From NCBI GenBank assembly GCA_951406725.2, contig OX597825.1:35278001-35342000 (forward strand): 64,000 nt of DNA. The letters are read 5' to 3'. The translations under genes were made by a program, and so were the position numbers. The notes under the pieces were generated by a model, which worked only from the letters and a program-made list of their open reading frames with translations, was not told where the DNA came from and searched no databases. The stretch is from Octopus vulgaris. Lineage: Eukaryota. Shown here in pieces: positions 12,831 through 26,326 of this stretch. How positions within the stretch are numbered: position 1 is the stretch's first letter; each line of letters opens with the position of its first letter.

Positions 12831-14085
12831 GGTCATATAGCTGGTTCTAACTCAGAAGATAGCAAAACAAATCGCCTCATCCTCGATAACAGGAGTAGGA
12901 AGTCATAGGTTAATAGCTGCAAACACATATAGTATTATTCCAGCGTCTTGCGACAATAAAGAGGGCACGGATAATTGATTGCGTTGGCAAGATAATGGAT
13001 ACGAAAAATATTGGAAGGTAAAACCGGCTACAAAATCAGTTACAAAAGATAGAAAATTAAAACCACGACTATAAAAAAAAATGCCAGTGTCTAACTGTAC
13101 TGCGGCACAATAGCACTGGTCTTCACAACGGGATTGTGGGTTTGATGACTGGTTAAGTGCCTAGCGAGTGGATGTGAGTTCAATTGCCAGTTTAGTTAAG
13201 CAATATGTATTGTCCGTTCAACGGGAGCGAGCAAGAGAGATCACAAGTAAGAAAATAACTAATAATACGAGAATATCTTTGATTAGAACAACTAAAGGAG
13301 GAAAATATCACATCATGAATCTATAAGAGTGGTTCAGTTCGAAATGCTGGAATATGAAGACCAGAGGGTAGCACAGTTATTCGAATATGAGATTATATGA
13401 AAAAATTCTCAAACACATACATGTGCGTGTATCTGTGACCGTGCGCGCGCGCGTGTGTGTATATGTATGTGTATGTGTGTGTGTGTGTGTATGTGTGTGT
13501 ATACTCGTATTTCAATTAGTATTCTAAGCTGAAATTATATTGCAACTTCGTTTTATAGGTTTTGATGCTATAAATTTAGTCACTGGGACAAATCAATCTT
13601 CTTTTTGTATAAGATAAATTATAAAGACCGGCGATTAATCACGCTAACAATTTAAATATTTGAAGGGGTGAGAACATTTATCTTATAATGTTTTTTATCA
13701 TTCTTTTTAATATACATCTTCAAATATAAGGGACATTTTACTTTAACTAAACAAAGACATTTTCCAATGTGGATTATTGTATTATGCGACTGCTTGAATT
13801 ATGCTTCGGCGTGCTAAATACAATAAACGGGGATATCGTAAGTTGTGTTCTTTAGCTGTCACAGAAAATGAATGCATTGTTTTAGGCTTCATTATGTGAA
13901 GAAGACTCCACCTTGAATATGCTTTCAGAGTTGATAGATTTTTAACGACATAAATCAAAACATTTGTTACAATATTGTGAATAACCAAGCAACTGAAAAG
14001 TAGATAGCTGAGAATTGCATTCAACCATATTCTAAAATATTCGAAAATTTTCTTGCTAACGTGAATAAAAATTACTTGTTTTCAT

Positions 14086-14270
14086 ACGCGCAGCTATGGT
14101 TGTGTAAGTAAGATGCTCGTTTTGTAACCATCTGGTTCCATGTTCAATCCTACTGCTGTGCAGTATTTTGTGCAAATATCTCCTGCTGTATGTTCGGGCC
14201 CCCAAAATGCCCCGCGCCGTGAAAGCCTTTTAAGTAAATTTGGTAGAAAGAAACTGAGAGGAAACCCGTC
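14086..14270 (+). mobile_element. SINE family A, 5' half, diverged
   Basis: TGTGTAAGTAAGATGCT...GTTCAATCCTACTG...AAATTTGGTAGAAAGAAACTGAGAGGAAACCCGTC. Confidence 0.65.
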
Positions 14271-14301
<31 letters not shown>

Positions 14302-14443
14302 TGTATGTATGTATGTATGTATGTATGTATGTATGTATGCATGCATGCATGCATGCATGCATGTATGTATGTATGTATGTTTGTATGTATGTATGTATGT
14401 ATGTATGTATGTATGTATGTATGTGTGTATGTATGTATGTATA

Positions 14444-14897
14444 TCTATACATATAAAATTGACATGGACGAGTGCTTCTCGTCTTGAGATTCACGGTCAA
14501 ATGGCTGGGTGAAATTGCGTGAAAAATTACACAGATGTGTAGAATGATCCGGTGGTGATGCTGGGCTTGTATTTTTTTCATAGCATAGTTACCAAGATAA
14601 TCTACAATAATAATATTCTTGTGTTTATGAATGAAAAAGGAAGGGATAATAGATGAATAAAGACAGAAGGGGTGTTGTCATATTTTTTCATAGCTCCCAT
14701 GTTAACCAAGATAATCTACTATAATAATACTATTGTGTTTATGAATGAGAAAGGAAGGGGTGATAGATGAATAAGGAAGGTGTGATGTCGTGCTTCGTAG
14801 TGGGTTGATGAAAATTGTACGCTGAAAAAAATAAATCAACAGAGTTTCAACTCTGTGTGAATATATGTGTGTGTATGTAAAAGGGGGTATGTGAACG

Positions 14898-14945
<48 letters not shown>

Positions 14946-15208
14946 TTTGTGTATGTGTAGGCGTGTGCGCGCGCAATGGAAGTAAGATGGTTCATCTTTG
15001 TTCGCTTAGTATTTGGGTTTATTTTTTGATTTGGTTGAATCTTGGGTGTTTTTTTTTTCGTTAATTAGTCATTTTTAGCGTTTTGACAGAAAAAAGTCAT
15101 TCTAAAATTGTTTTTAACGTAAGCGTGCCCAAACAAGTCGAATGCTTACACAGAGCAGGTTTTACAGCCACATCATCCAAACAGGGTGAAACCGGACTTA
15201 GCTGTTAG
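14444..15208 (+). mobile_element. Non-autonomous Helitron, diverged
   Basis: 5' A|TCTATACATATAAAAT similar to the 50898 element; 3' GGGTGAAACCGG hairpin-like motif then AGCTGTTAG (decayed CTAG); internal ~110-bp tandem duplication at 14570-14790. Confidence 0.6.
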
Positions 15209-15216
15209 AATATATG

Positions 15217-15286
<70 letters not shown>

Positions 15287-15288
15287 AA

Positions 15289-15362
15289 GTTAATCCAAAC
15301 ATGAAAACACAAAGAGAAAACAATTACGCGAGGAAGTGGAACAAGTATAGTGGTATTGGACG

Positions 15363-15366
<4 letters not shown>
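15289..15366 (-). mobile_element. Truncated copy of the hammerhead-bearing Penelope-like non-autonomous element
   Basis: GTTAATCCAAACATGAAAACACAAAG...TTGGACGCTCA matches 24201-24280; embedded in (TA)n; truncated before the intact ribozyme core. Confidence 0.75.
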
Positions 15367-15407
<41 letters not shown>

Positions 15408-15478
15408 ATATATAAGCATATATATATAAACATATATATATATATATGTATGTATGTATATTTATATGCACATATATA

Positions 15479-15544
<66 letters not shown>

Positions 15545-15884
15545 TAACTGTATAATACGATATCATAATATTTTATTCTCCGATTTGAAGCGACAACTTA
15601 TAAATACAAACAAATGACTGTAAAATGATGAAGTAACCCCAGCCAGAATCGAACCCACAAATCAACGCTAACACGGCTCCTTGCGCATCCGATTAGCCAA
15701 ACGCTCACCCATCAAGTTCATCCAAATTTAGTTAACACATACTTAAACTAATACTACGTATATACAGTTATTATACTATAGCCCATTCACAGTAGCTTTT
15801 TCTACATAACTTACAAAGCTTTTTGTGTTTGTTTGCACATGTTATATACATACATACAAACGTACATAGATACATACATACACA

Positions 15885-15938
<54 letters not shown>

Positions 15939-16810
15939 CATATATATATATATATATATTCAGTGGACTTTCTTGTACCATATATCATTCTCATAATGTT
16001 GATCTGGGAATTAACCAGCATCGTTTCAGGTAGTGTCCCATCCTAAACTGATCATCTATTTAGAAAAATCATATTAACAACTCCAAATCTTCATTATTTA
16101 GGCATATAATAGAGCTGTATGATCACATATTGATATATCTACCTATATACAAATGTATATAAAAGTGTGTAATAGTATCAATATAATTTAATATCATCTA
16201 GGTTATAACTTAATAGCGTACTTTACAAAGCTCCTCCACAAATATCGGCCACCATAAGTAGATACGTAAAAGAAATTTGTACCTAACATGAAGATGCCAA
16301 TGTAAAACAATGCGAAAAATAAAATATAATTACCCTCCTGCAATTGTAAAGAGATGGAATTATTCAGAAATACATGCCAATAGCAATTATAAAAAAGAAA
16401 ATTAAGCGCTCAAATACGAGGTGAAATTATTTCCATCCTTGCTTTTTAATCTACATCGAGAGTAGGAAAATGGGGCGCTTTAGCGTTGTTGTAGAAACGA
16501 AAATTTAAAAGGATCTTTTGTAAAGATTATTATGTATACAGAAATTCTATAGAGTTATGTAATAGATTAGAATATGGTATAATAAATAAATATTTCCTTA
16601 CATGGTTTTCGCTTTCTAATATAACAAAATGGCGAAAAAATATATATGAATGAAGATTACATTAAAAATGTTTCATCATGTTATTTTAATCATACAGTTG
16701 CTGCAAGCCGTTATGGCGAACGAAGTCATTTGAATATTCAATTAATGCACAGAATGAGATTTTCTATTCATATTTAACTTTTTTCGTGCCCGCTGAATGG
16801 CATTAGGCTA

Positions 16811-16859
<49 letters not shown>

Positions 16860-16864
16860 AATGC

Positions 16865-16927
<63 letters not shown>

Positions 16928-16949
16928 AATGCATATGTTATATATATAT

Positions 16950-17004
<55 letters not shown>

Positions 17005-17049
17005 ATATATATATATGTATATCTGTATATACATACAAAATTAAATATA

Positions 17050-17340
17050 TATTTTATTTTTTAGGTTTCAGTCATTTGGCTGCGGCCATGCTTAAGCAGC
17101 GCCTTGAAGGGTCCTTTGGTGGAACAAATATACTACAGAACGGTTTTTAAAGCCTCTTTTGACAGACAGTCACAGACACCGAGATACACACGCGACGGGC
17201 ATCTTTGAGTTTCCGTCCACTAAATCCACTCAAAGCTTTGGTCGGCCCGAGGTTATAATAAAATACACTTGGTCAGGGTGCCACACAGTGGGACTGAAGC
17301 CGGAACCATGAGGATGGGAAGCAAGCTCTTTACTACACAC
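17050..17340 (-). mobile_element. SINE family A, internally deleted
   Basis: TTTCAGTCATTTGGCTGCGGCCATGC tail and GTGCCACACAGTGGGACTGAAGCCGGAACCATG head. Confidence 0.75.
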
Positions 17341-17367
17341 ACACACACACACACACAAATATATACA

Positions 17368-17510
17368 CCAGTACTTGATTAGCACTTATTTTATAGACAC
17401 CGAAAAGATGAAAGGCAAAGTCAAGTTCAGCGGCATTTGAACTCAATGTGGAAACGGATGAAATGACTTCAAACATTTTGTCTGACGTGCTAACAATTCT
17501 GCCTGTTCGC
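17368..17510 (-). mobile_element. SINE family B
   Basis: GATGAAAGGCAAAGTCAAGTTCAGCGGCATTTGAACTCA...GTGCTAACAATTCTGCC. Confidence 0.7.
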
Positions 17511-17774
17511 TATTAATAAATGTTCATCACCTGAGGAATATATGTCTATGAATCATGAAATATATGTTGTCTTTCTATTGGTGCATTTTGTCATGATTCT
17601 GTGGAGCATTTAACTGAAAGGAGGCATGTATATAGCGGTTGTGGTGAACTTTGCAAATCATCAACTGGACAAAGAAAGACATGTTTATTAACAAGCAATG
17701 ATCACAGTCATTATCGAGTGGACTTTTATTACCCATACATGCTTGCATGCAAACACACACACATGCATATATAC

Positions 17775-18012
17775 TTTTATCATTTATATGTTACTTATTT
17801 CTCTTTAGAGACCGCGGCCATGCTGGGGCACAACCTTGAAGAATTTTTAGCTGAATGAATCGACCCCAGTACTTATTGTTTTCTCTTTAAGCCCGGTACT
17901 CATTCTATCAATCTCTTGGCGAACCACTGGATTATGGGAATGTAAACACACCGACACCGATTTTCAAGCAGTGGGAGGGGAGACAAAAGCAGACACAAAG
18001 ACATACACATAC
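17775..18012 (-). mobile_element. SINE family A, 3' half
   Basis: GCGGCCATGCTGGGGCAC...ATCGACCCCAGTACTTA...GTAAACACACCGACACCG. Confidence 0.75.
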
Positions 18013-18781
18013 GCATATATTATATTATATTATATTATATTATATTATATTATATTATATTATATTATATTATATTTCATGTTTCAACGTTTATGAATTT
18101 AATGATTTATAGTAGCACTTATATCTGAGGATGCTCGGGTTTGTTAATTCATGTATATAATCACATCAATTCTCAGTATGTAAGATACATTCCTTTACAA
18201 ATATGCGAACAGTCTTATTCAGTTGCTGCAGGATTGTTCATTTACTCGGAGTTGTTGTATCGTAGCAATTCAGGAAATGTCTCACGTTGAATGTCATAAA
18301 AATGTGAAAAAATATAAACAAATAAATACAGAACCTAAAATACAATTTTACACGATACCTTCTTTCATTAAAAGAAAAATTTTTCTTACGTTGCTTTTTT
18401 TGTAATTCTCTAGGAAAAAATGTTTTCCAACATTCGATTCTAATTTTCGTAATTACTCTCACAGAATTAGGTTTCTAATCAGTAAACGTGTCTAATGTCT
18501 TTTACAATGCTTGTGGGTAGAGAATATACGGGAGCTAATAAGAAAAAATAATAAAATGTTTCTTAAACTATAGCCTTCTTCTTAAAATAAGTGTGTGTAT
18601 TGAGTTACAGCTAAACAGGTGCAAAACTATGACCGGCATCTTGGAAGAAAGAAGCATTTCGTTTTATATGTATATTATGATTATATGTATTATGTACATC
18701 TTTATGTAATGTATATATGAATTACATAGCTTGTGTGTGTGTGTGTGTGTGTGTGTGCATGCATGTGTGTATGTTCAAATT

Positions 18782-18880
<99 letters not shown>

Positions 18881-18912
18881 ACTAACTATCTATCTATCTA
18901 TCTATCTATCTA

Positions 18913-20203
18913 CGAGGGACGTTCAATAAGTAATGCCTCTGACCCACTTGCAGTTGTTTGATCTAGCTGAAATTTTGCATGTGCAATCATTTATATCTCT
19001 ATAGAGTAAGTGGCAAATTACAGCACTGAATTAATTGTGGTTTCTGATTTACAGGTGTTTGAACCGAGTCAAGTGTGAAATGGAGCCTGTTGAGTGTCGA
19101 GCAGTGATCCGGTTTTTGTATTTGAAAGGACGCACACCACGGGAGACTTTTGATGAAATGAAAGTAACTTATGGTGATGATGCCCCATCATATGACCTTG
19201 TAAAACGCTGGCATCGTGAATTCAAACATGGTCGAAACTCTGTGGAAACAGCTCCCAGATCTGGTCGCCCCCTTTTGCCATTGATGAGGCATCTGTCCGT
19301 CAAGTTGAGGCTGCCATTTTGGAAGATCGATGCATAACTATTCGCCAAATAACCCATGAGGTCAAGATTAGTACCGGGTCTGTGGAAACTATCATTCATG
19401 ACCATTTGCATATGCAAAAGGTATCTGCCAGATGGATTCCCAGGTTGCTCACGCCTTTCCAGAAGCAAGAACGCGTCGAGTGCTCGAGGGTGAATTTGGA
19501 GATGTGCCAAGAAGATGAATCAAAATTTTTCAAAAGACTGATTACACATGATGAAAACTGGGTCCATCACGATGATCCAGAGACCAAAGCCCAGTCAATG
19601 TAGTGGAAGCACCATGACTCACCGCCTCCAAAGAAGGCAAGGGTGCAGCCCTCCGCTGGTAAGGTCATGCTCACAGTCTTCTGGGACCAGGACGGAGTAG
19701 TGATGACAGATTTCCTGGCAAAGGGTACCACAATTGCAGGAGCCTATTATGCTTCACTTTTGAGGAAATTAAGAGAAGTTATCAAAATCAAATGGCGGGA
19801 CAAGATCAGCAAAGGCATCCTCCTCCTGCAGGACAACGCTCCGGTCCACAACTCGCTTGTCGCCAGATCAGAAGCACAGGCGTATGGCTATGAACTCCTC
19901 TCCCATCCCCCTACTTTCCTGACCTTGCACCCTCTGATTTTCACCTCTTCCCAGTCATGAAGTTGTTTTTGAAAAGAAAGCGTTTCCCAGATGATGCAGC
20001 CTTGATTTCTGAAGTCGCGTTCAGGTTGGAGGACCAAGCTGGGGTCTTCTATAAAAACGGTCTCCAGAGCTGCATCAAACAATGGGAGAAATGCGTAACT
20101 CTGGGTGGTTCCTATGTAGAAAAAGACTAATAACTGTGCCATGTTTCGTTGCTCTACTGCTATGGGAAGTGGGTCAGGGGCATTACTTATTGAACGCCCC
20201 TCG
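18913..20203 (+). mobile_element. Full-length mariner transposon (1291 bp)
   Basis: About 37-bp TIRs CGAGGGACGTTCAATAAGTAATGCC.CTGACCCACTT, TA on both sides, inserted in a (TATC)n/(TATG)n tract. Confidence 0.95.
19080..20130 (+). pseudogene. Mariner DD34D transposase pseudogene
   Basis: MEPVECRAVIRFL..., WIPRLL, ITHDENW, QDNAPVH, HPP(fs)PDLAPSDF, EKCVTLGGSYVEKD*; frameshifts near 19270 and 19915, stop at 19601. Confidence 0.93.
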
Positions 20204-20259
20204 TATGTTTGTATGTATGTATGTATGTATGTATGTATCTATCTATGTATGTATGTATG

Positions 20260-20313
<54 letters not shown>

Positions 20314-20344
20314 AAGTGTATATTTGTGTTTCGGTGTATGTGTG

Positions 20345-20460
20345 TGGAGGCGTATCGCCTGATGGTTAGAGTGTTGCTTTCACGGTCACTAGATACTGAG
20401 TTCGATTCCCGCACTGATCAGCGCGTTGTGTTCTTGAGCAAAAAAAAGAAAAAACTCTGA
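20345..20460 (+). mobile_element. SINE family C head
   Basis: GGAGGCGTATCGCCTGATGGTTAGAG...GAGTTCGATTCCC...GTTGTGTTCTTGAGCAAAA. Confidence 0.7.
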
Positions 20461-20829
20461 AAAAAAAAAACCTCTGAAATGTTCGTATTGGAGATTCCGG
20501 CGCTGTTGCCAAGCAGTACAGTATGTCGTTTCCAAATTTTGGCAGACTGAATTGCGCCATGGTACTGTTTTATCTCACAGACGGTGGTCAGCTGACCCTA
20601 CTATATTGTGTAGCCGACAAAATCAAGAACAAACAATGCACAAGTGCAAAATTAAAAATATAAAATGACAACTTACCCATCGCACACTGTATGTGTGTAT
20701 ATATATATGTATATATATGTATATATATATATATATATGCACACACACACACACATATATATATATATTTATATATATATTATGTATGTATCTCTCTCTC
20801 TTTTTCTTTCTCCCCCTCTCTCTAAATAT

Positions 20830-21020
20830 AGTTGAAATTTACAGAAAAACAAAAGACGAAGACAGGTGTATAAACAACAAACAGATGTATTAGTTTAACG
20901 CTCAGGAAGGTGAGAATATCTTTTACGTTTTGAGTCTACGCTCTTCAGCAGAAAGGAACACGAGGAAATGAACAAAGAAAGAATAAAAAAGAACTTTTGG
21001 AGCTAGCAGTCAATCATGTA
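20830..21020 (-). mobile_element. Penelope-like non-autonomous element with degenerate hammerhead (20921-20954)
   Basis: On -: uuuCUGCUGA-A-GAG-CGUAGA-CUC-AAAA-CGUA-aaa (two core mutations), second CUGAGCG 22 nt downstream; same architecture as 24201. Confidence 0.6.
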
Positions 21021-21251
21021 TATATAAAATAAAATTTAGAAAATGGATATGTAGCATTAATATAATTTATTAACTGCAAAATTCCAACATTTTCTTTTAC
21101 AGCTGTTTCAATTTTGCCTAAAGATTAAATTACATTAATCAAATCATTGTATTAGGAAAAAATTTATGAGAGAGGTAGAAAAGATATACCGTTAGGTTCT
21201 TAGGTGTTGTGTTTACAAATAATCCCATATATACATATATATGTATGTGTG

Positions 21252-21294
<43 letters not shown>

Positions 21295-21660
21295 AAATGT
21301 GGGCATGTTTGTGTGTTGGGAGCGAGTGTATGTGTGCGTGTATGAGCATGCTTGCATGTGTATGTGCAATTTATATAAAAACAGTCAAACATTGAAATGA
21401 AGAGTTGTTCAATACCTCTCAGCAGAATAACATATATTTTAATACTTTTTATATTTTTGTGTTTTTAGTTTTACAAGAATAACGTTGACAATTGGTTGCG
21501 TGGGAACTAAATGTAAGAATAAGATTCTTCTCCCTTTATTTATTATCGTCTTCTCTTTTTCTATCAAATTCTCCTTACAACCACTTATTTCCCCCTTCAC
21601 CCATTCTTCGCCATTCTTCGTTAAAATATTGCGTGTAAGTGTGTGAGTGTGTGTGTATGT

Positions 21661-21709
<49 letters not shown>

Positions 21710-21742
<33 letters not shown>

Positions 21743-22240
21743 CTAGTTTCAGCTTATGAGCTGTGGCCATGCTGGGGCACCGCCATTTGGTGTTGCTACT
21801 TGGTTTCACTTCATGGAGGCTTTCTAGCAACTGCTATTTGGTGCATGAGAGAGTTCGATGCAGCTGCCCTCATCTGCCCCTCCTGCCGTGAAGTTGGTTC
21901 ATCTGGGACACCTGACAGGAAGAGATCCAGCTTCATTTTAAAGACATCTGTATCCACCCCATGCAGGTCTCTCAGGTTCTTCGGGAGGATATTGAAGAGC
22001 TGTGGGCCTCGGAAGCCCAGGCTATCACAGAATCTTGTCCTACATCTTGATGGCAGGTTTGGAGTCCTAGGCACCACGCAGTGGCGCCCAGTTCTGGCAT
22101 TTGCGTAACTCTCGATGCCAAAGTTCAGGACACTTCCCTCCAGGATCTTCCAGATGTATATTATGGCATATCTTTCCCGCCTACGCTCCAGGGAATATAA
22201 TTTTAATCTCTTGAGTCTTTCCCAGTAGCTTACATTCTGT
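21710..22240 (-). mobile_element. CR1-clade LINE, 5'-truncated: ORF2 C-terminus, 3'UTR and (AATC)n tail
   Basis: Uninterrupted frame SYWERLKRLKLYSLERRRERYAIIYIWKILEG...GPQLFNILP...FKMKLDLFLSGVPDEP...* (stop at 21811), typical of the CR1/L2-group C-terminus. Confidence 0.85.
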
Positions 22241-22569
22241 ATATATATGTATACGTTACTTGTACTACCAAGTGCAAAACAGAGCTCCCCATAGTTCTTT
22301 GCTCTGTATATATGTTTGGCAGACAGTTAATGAAGCACCGGTATAATAGTTGAAGTTCGACACATACGCACGGCCTGTATGATCTTTCAGATGTCTTTAA
22401 TGAAAATGAAAGTGATCCGAAAGATCAGAGACGTTTTGCGTGTTTGAAGCATTGTGCTAACGGTTAATTAACTGTTTGCCAGGATGTTTATGTACATATA
22501 TATATATATATATATATACATTTATACATATGCGTGTATGTTTACACACACAAAACATATATATGTATG

Positions 22570-22634
<65 letters not shown>

Positions 22635-22764
22635 TGCATACATATAATTGGTTTCAAATTTTAGCACAATAAAATGTGTGTGTGCGTGTGAATGTTTGTA
22701 TGTATGTGTTGTGCAATAATATTATATTTATGATCTATGTTACATATCACTTCTCATATATTCA

Positions 22765-23971
22765 AAAGACAACTGGAAAGATATCTAGACAACTGTTTCA
22801 TTTTATGACAGGATAACCTTGTTAAACCTATGAAATTTGAAAACTTTGCGAACAGTATCAATCATAATATTAAATTTACAGTGAATTTCAAGTTCACTGA
22901 TTCCAACAGTATCTTTTCTTCACAGTCTGTCATTCTAAATATACAAAAACGAACATTTCATTCAGAATTTCAAAATGAATTTGCACAATTAATCGATTCC
23001 TACAAAATGTGATCGAAAGTTAGATGACTTGAAAAACATGCTTATTAAAAGATCAGTTCTTCCACTAAGTTTAATTACAAATGGAATATAGAGAGTGAAA
23101 ACAATATTAAGGATCTAAGGAAAGTGAACAGTAAAACCAAGAAAATAGTTCTACCATGTCTCAACATTTAATACTAGAAATGTTTAAATCTTTGATAATA
23201 TTTATAAAAACTTACCTATTTTGTATGAAGATCAAAATATGAAAAAAAAAACATGTCTTAAAACATCAACAAAATTCCAAAATAAAAAGGTACCTCAAGA
23301 CATTGGAAAATATACTAACTGGGGAAAAAGTTTCATAAACAAGATTACAACCCCACTATCACAACATGCGGAATCCCAAATTGTACACGTCTATATTTTA
23401 GTAAACGCTCAGTTATAGATTGAGGATAGACAAACTTTAAACGTAAAAGTATGCTTTATTTGCAACTCTCATAATTTAATCCAAGGTAAAAAAACTAAAA
23501 AAAAACTAAAAAAAAACTAACTATATACAGAAAACAAATTAATAATGAGAAAACTGGAAACATTCCATTGAGTTGACATTGAGATACATTTACGGGAATG
23601 AATCGGCTTAATGTAAAAAAAAAAAATTCAAATTTATAAATGCTCAGATTCAATCACGGAGCAACAACAGATAAACCCAACAAAAACAACTATAAAGAAA
23701 TATAAGTTGCATTAAATGTTACGATTAATAATGGAAGTCAGCGCAGCAAACCGTAACGTGTTTAAAAGACACACAAAATATCAAAATATTCATTGTCATT
23801 GAAAGCTCTAAGAATGTAAACCGGCTGGTATTAAATATGAAAATATTAACATATCTAAAAGGGATATTTACAATTATGATTTTTTAAAAATATATCCAAG
23901 AAAGATTCAATATTTATTACTACTTGCTGGTGTCGTTTTATCCTTCTGTACGTACTCACATGTATCGCTGA

Positions 23972-23976
<5 letters not shown>
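22765..23976 (+). pseudogene. Decayed Penelope-like retroelement (RT C-terminal part to C-terminal region, plus 3'UTR)
   Basis: RYLDNCFIL (YxDD-like, 22782-22799), NSINHNIKFT, KFTDS/QQYLFFTVCHSKYTKTNI (K.TD..YL...S.HP...K.NI motif), LITNGI, and a terminal YKCSDSITEQQQ..KKYKLH; many stops, frameshifts and deletions. Confidence 0.7.
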
Positions 23977-24014
<38 letters not shown>

Positions 24015-24019
<5 letters not shown>

Positions 24020-24135
24020 CCGAAATCTGCGATGAAGAATCAGTTTCTGACTGAAGAACGAAGGCTTTGAATGACCCGTTGTCTTTTATTGTTCGTCCCT
24101 TCGTGTATTTCACGTTATTTATTTACGTAAAGGTT

Positions 24136-24140
<5 letters not shown>
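24015..24140 (+). mobile_element. Penelope-like 3' fragment (GAAA...CUGAAGA type)
   Basis: CAGCCGAAAT...GACTGAAGAACGAAGGCTTTGAATGACCCGT homologous to 43068-43130; lies between (TA)n tracts. Confidence 0.55.
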
Positions 24141-24186
<46 letters not shown>

Positions 24187-24200
24187 CATATCTATATATA

Positions 24201-24410
24201 GTTAATCCAAACATGAAAACACAAAGAAAGAACATAACAACGCGAGGACGTGGAACAAGTATAGTGTTATTGGACGCTCAGGAATGGAAAGAAAGAAGGA
24301 GGATTTAACGTTTCGAGCGGAGCTCTTCGTCAGAAACATAGAAAAAGGAAAGATCCAAGGAAGGGAAGGCGGAGTAAAAAAATCGCCAACGATACACACG
24401 CGGTCACATA
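24201..24410 (-). mobile_element. Penelope-like non-autonomous element carrying a hammerhead ribozyme
   Basis: Inserted in (TA)n; related copies at 15289, 20830, 41680 and 48550. Confidence 0.75.
24304..24336 (-). ncRNA. Minimal type-I hammerhead ribozyme motif
   Basis: UUU-CUGACGA-A-GAGC-UCC-GCUC-GAAA-CG-UU-AAA: complete core, 4-bp stem II, palindromic helix III (AACGUU), short stem I. Confidence 0.7.
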
Positions 24411-24528
24411 TATATACATATATGTATATGTATATATATATATATGTGTGTGTTTTTGTGTGTGTGTGTGTATACATACACACACATATATATTCACGTG
24501 TGTATGTATGTATACACACATAAATGCA

Positions 24529-24562
<34 letters not shown>

Positions 24563-24567
24563 CATAC

Positions 24568-24602
<35 letters not shown>

Positions 24603-24852
24603 CGTGAGCGTGTGCGTGTGTGTGTGTATTCTCAAAATATAGAAGTATAACGACATTTGTAACAAAAACACTTGGAGAGGGAGAGGGAGAGAGAGTCAGA
24701 CAGATAGACAGACAGAGACAGAGAAAGTAAAGGTGATAGAATTGAATTCTGAAGGTGTATCACCGACCAGCAATATTTACCCCATGCAAGTCAGTGTATG
24801 TCGTCTTTACTTCGAGTTCAACGAGGAATATTCTACTGTAATGCTCGGCCTG

Positions 24853-24905
<53 letters not shown>

Positions 24906-25382
24906 CACACATCAGCTAAAGCGTCTTCGTATCACTCGCTATTGTCTTAAATAAGCGATATATTAGTCAATCAAGTTCATACGAGACAAAAAGACGAACC
25001 GATTCCAACTTGAACAAATTTAAACATTGATCTGTTCGATCAGAATTGATCACGAAGAAATCAAGTATCTCCTACGTTTGCTTTGAACTAACACCAGTTA
25101 CCGTCTCTGCAACGTACAATTAGATTGAAATAGTTACCTAATTTCATTTAAGTTATATTCAAAATAGCGTAGCTGTGGGTTGGGGGGGGGGGGGAGGAGC
25201 ACGTCCACTTCGGATGACACTTTTATGGGACGGACACTTTTGGATCTGCCGAATAAGTCTGCATGGGCTTGGGGGAACTCTAGGTCTGCCCCGGCGACAC
25301 ACACTCTAGTTACATCATTACACACACTATCGTCGGGGATTATGAACGAACTTTTAGTCCAACACATACAAAAGGACGAGAC

Positions 25383-25443
<61 letters not shown>

Positions 25444-25910
25444 ACACGATAACACACACATGCACTCACACTCAATTATTATAATTCACACACACAAACA
25501 CAAAGATTCACACGGACATATAAGAGAAAACTATTTGCTCTGAGCTTTACTTAACCTCTTGACTTAGCCTATTTCTTTGATGTTTCTCATGTGATTATTG
25601 ATTTTTGTCTCATACTCATGAATACAAATCAAAAACGACTGTGTTATACCGATCAACAAAGTGTCGAAATGGTTGGTAAATAATGGGTGTACCGTTATTA
25701 CAGTAAACCCATTTCCATATTCATTCCAAGGTTTTACAAGTCTATAATTACAACCGAAAAGCATCTTTAAATGATTGAAATATGAAGAACAAATTGAACT
25801 AATGTTAAGTCACCTTTACGAGGCGACTAGATAAATTGATTAGTCCTCAAGATTCAATCTAAGACCCAAGACCTAATCAACAACGAGAAATTTGGCTAGC
25901 GTTTCTCTGC

Positions 25911-25985
<75 letters not shown>

Positions 25986-26243
25986 TTCACACAAACACAC
26001 TCAAATACACTCATAAATCAATATGAATTATTTTTTACCTTGCGATAAATCTATGACTAGTTGTACTAGACTTAGATTTACAGTATGCTTAATATTATTA
26101 TCAATTAACTTGTTGATATTTCGTTAATTGGTTGATCCATATACAGTAATGTTGGTATCGTTTTTTTAACAATCTGTTAAACGTACATTCGCATTAAGTA
26201 TAGCCAAGTTAATTAGTGAGATCATCGTAATGACCCTTTCTAC

Positions 26244-26326
<83 letters not shown>

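Noticed and set aside
15640-15720. tRNA-like B-box GGTTCGATTC on the minus strand
   Set aside because: No cloverleaf can be folded; like the other tRNA-like heads here it is repeat-derived, not a tRNA gene
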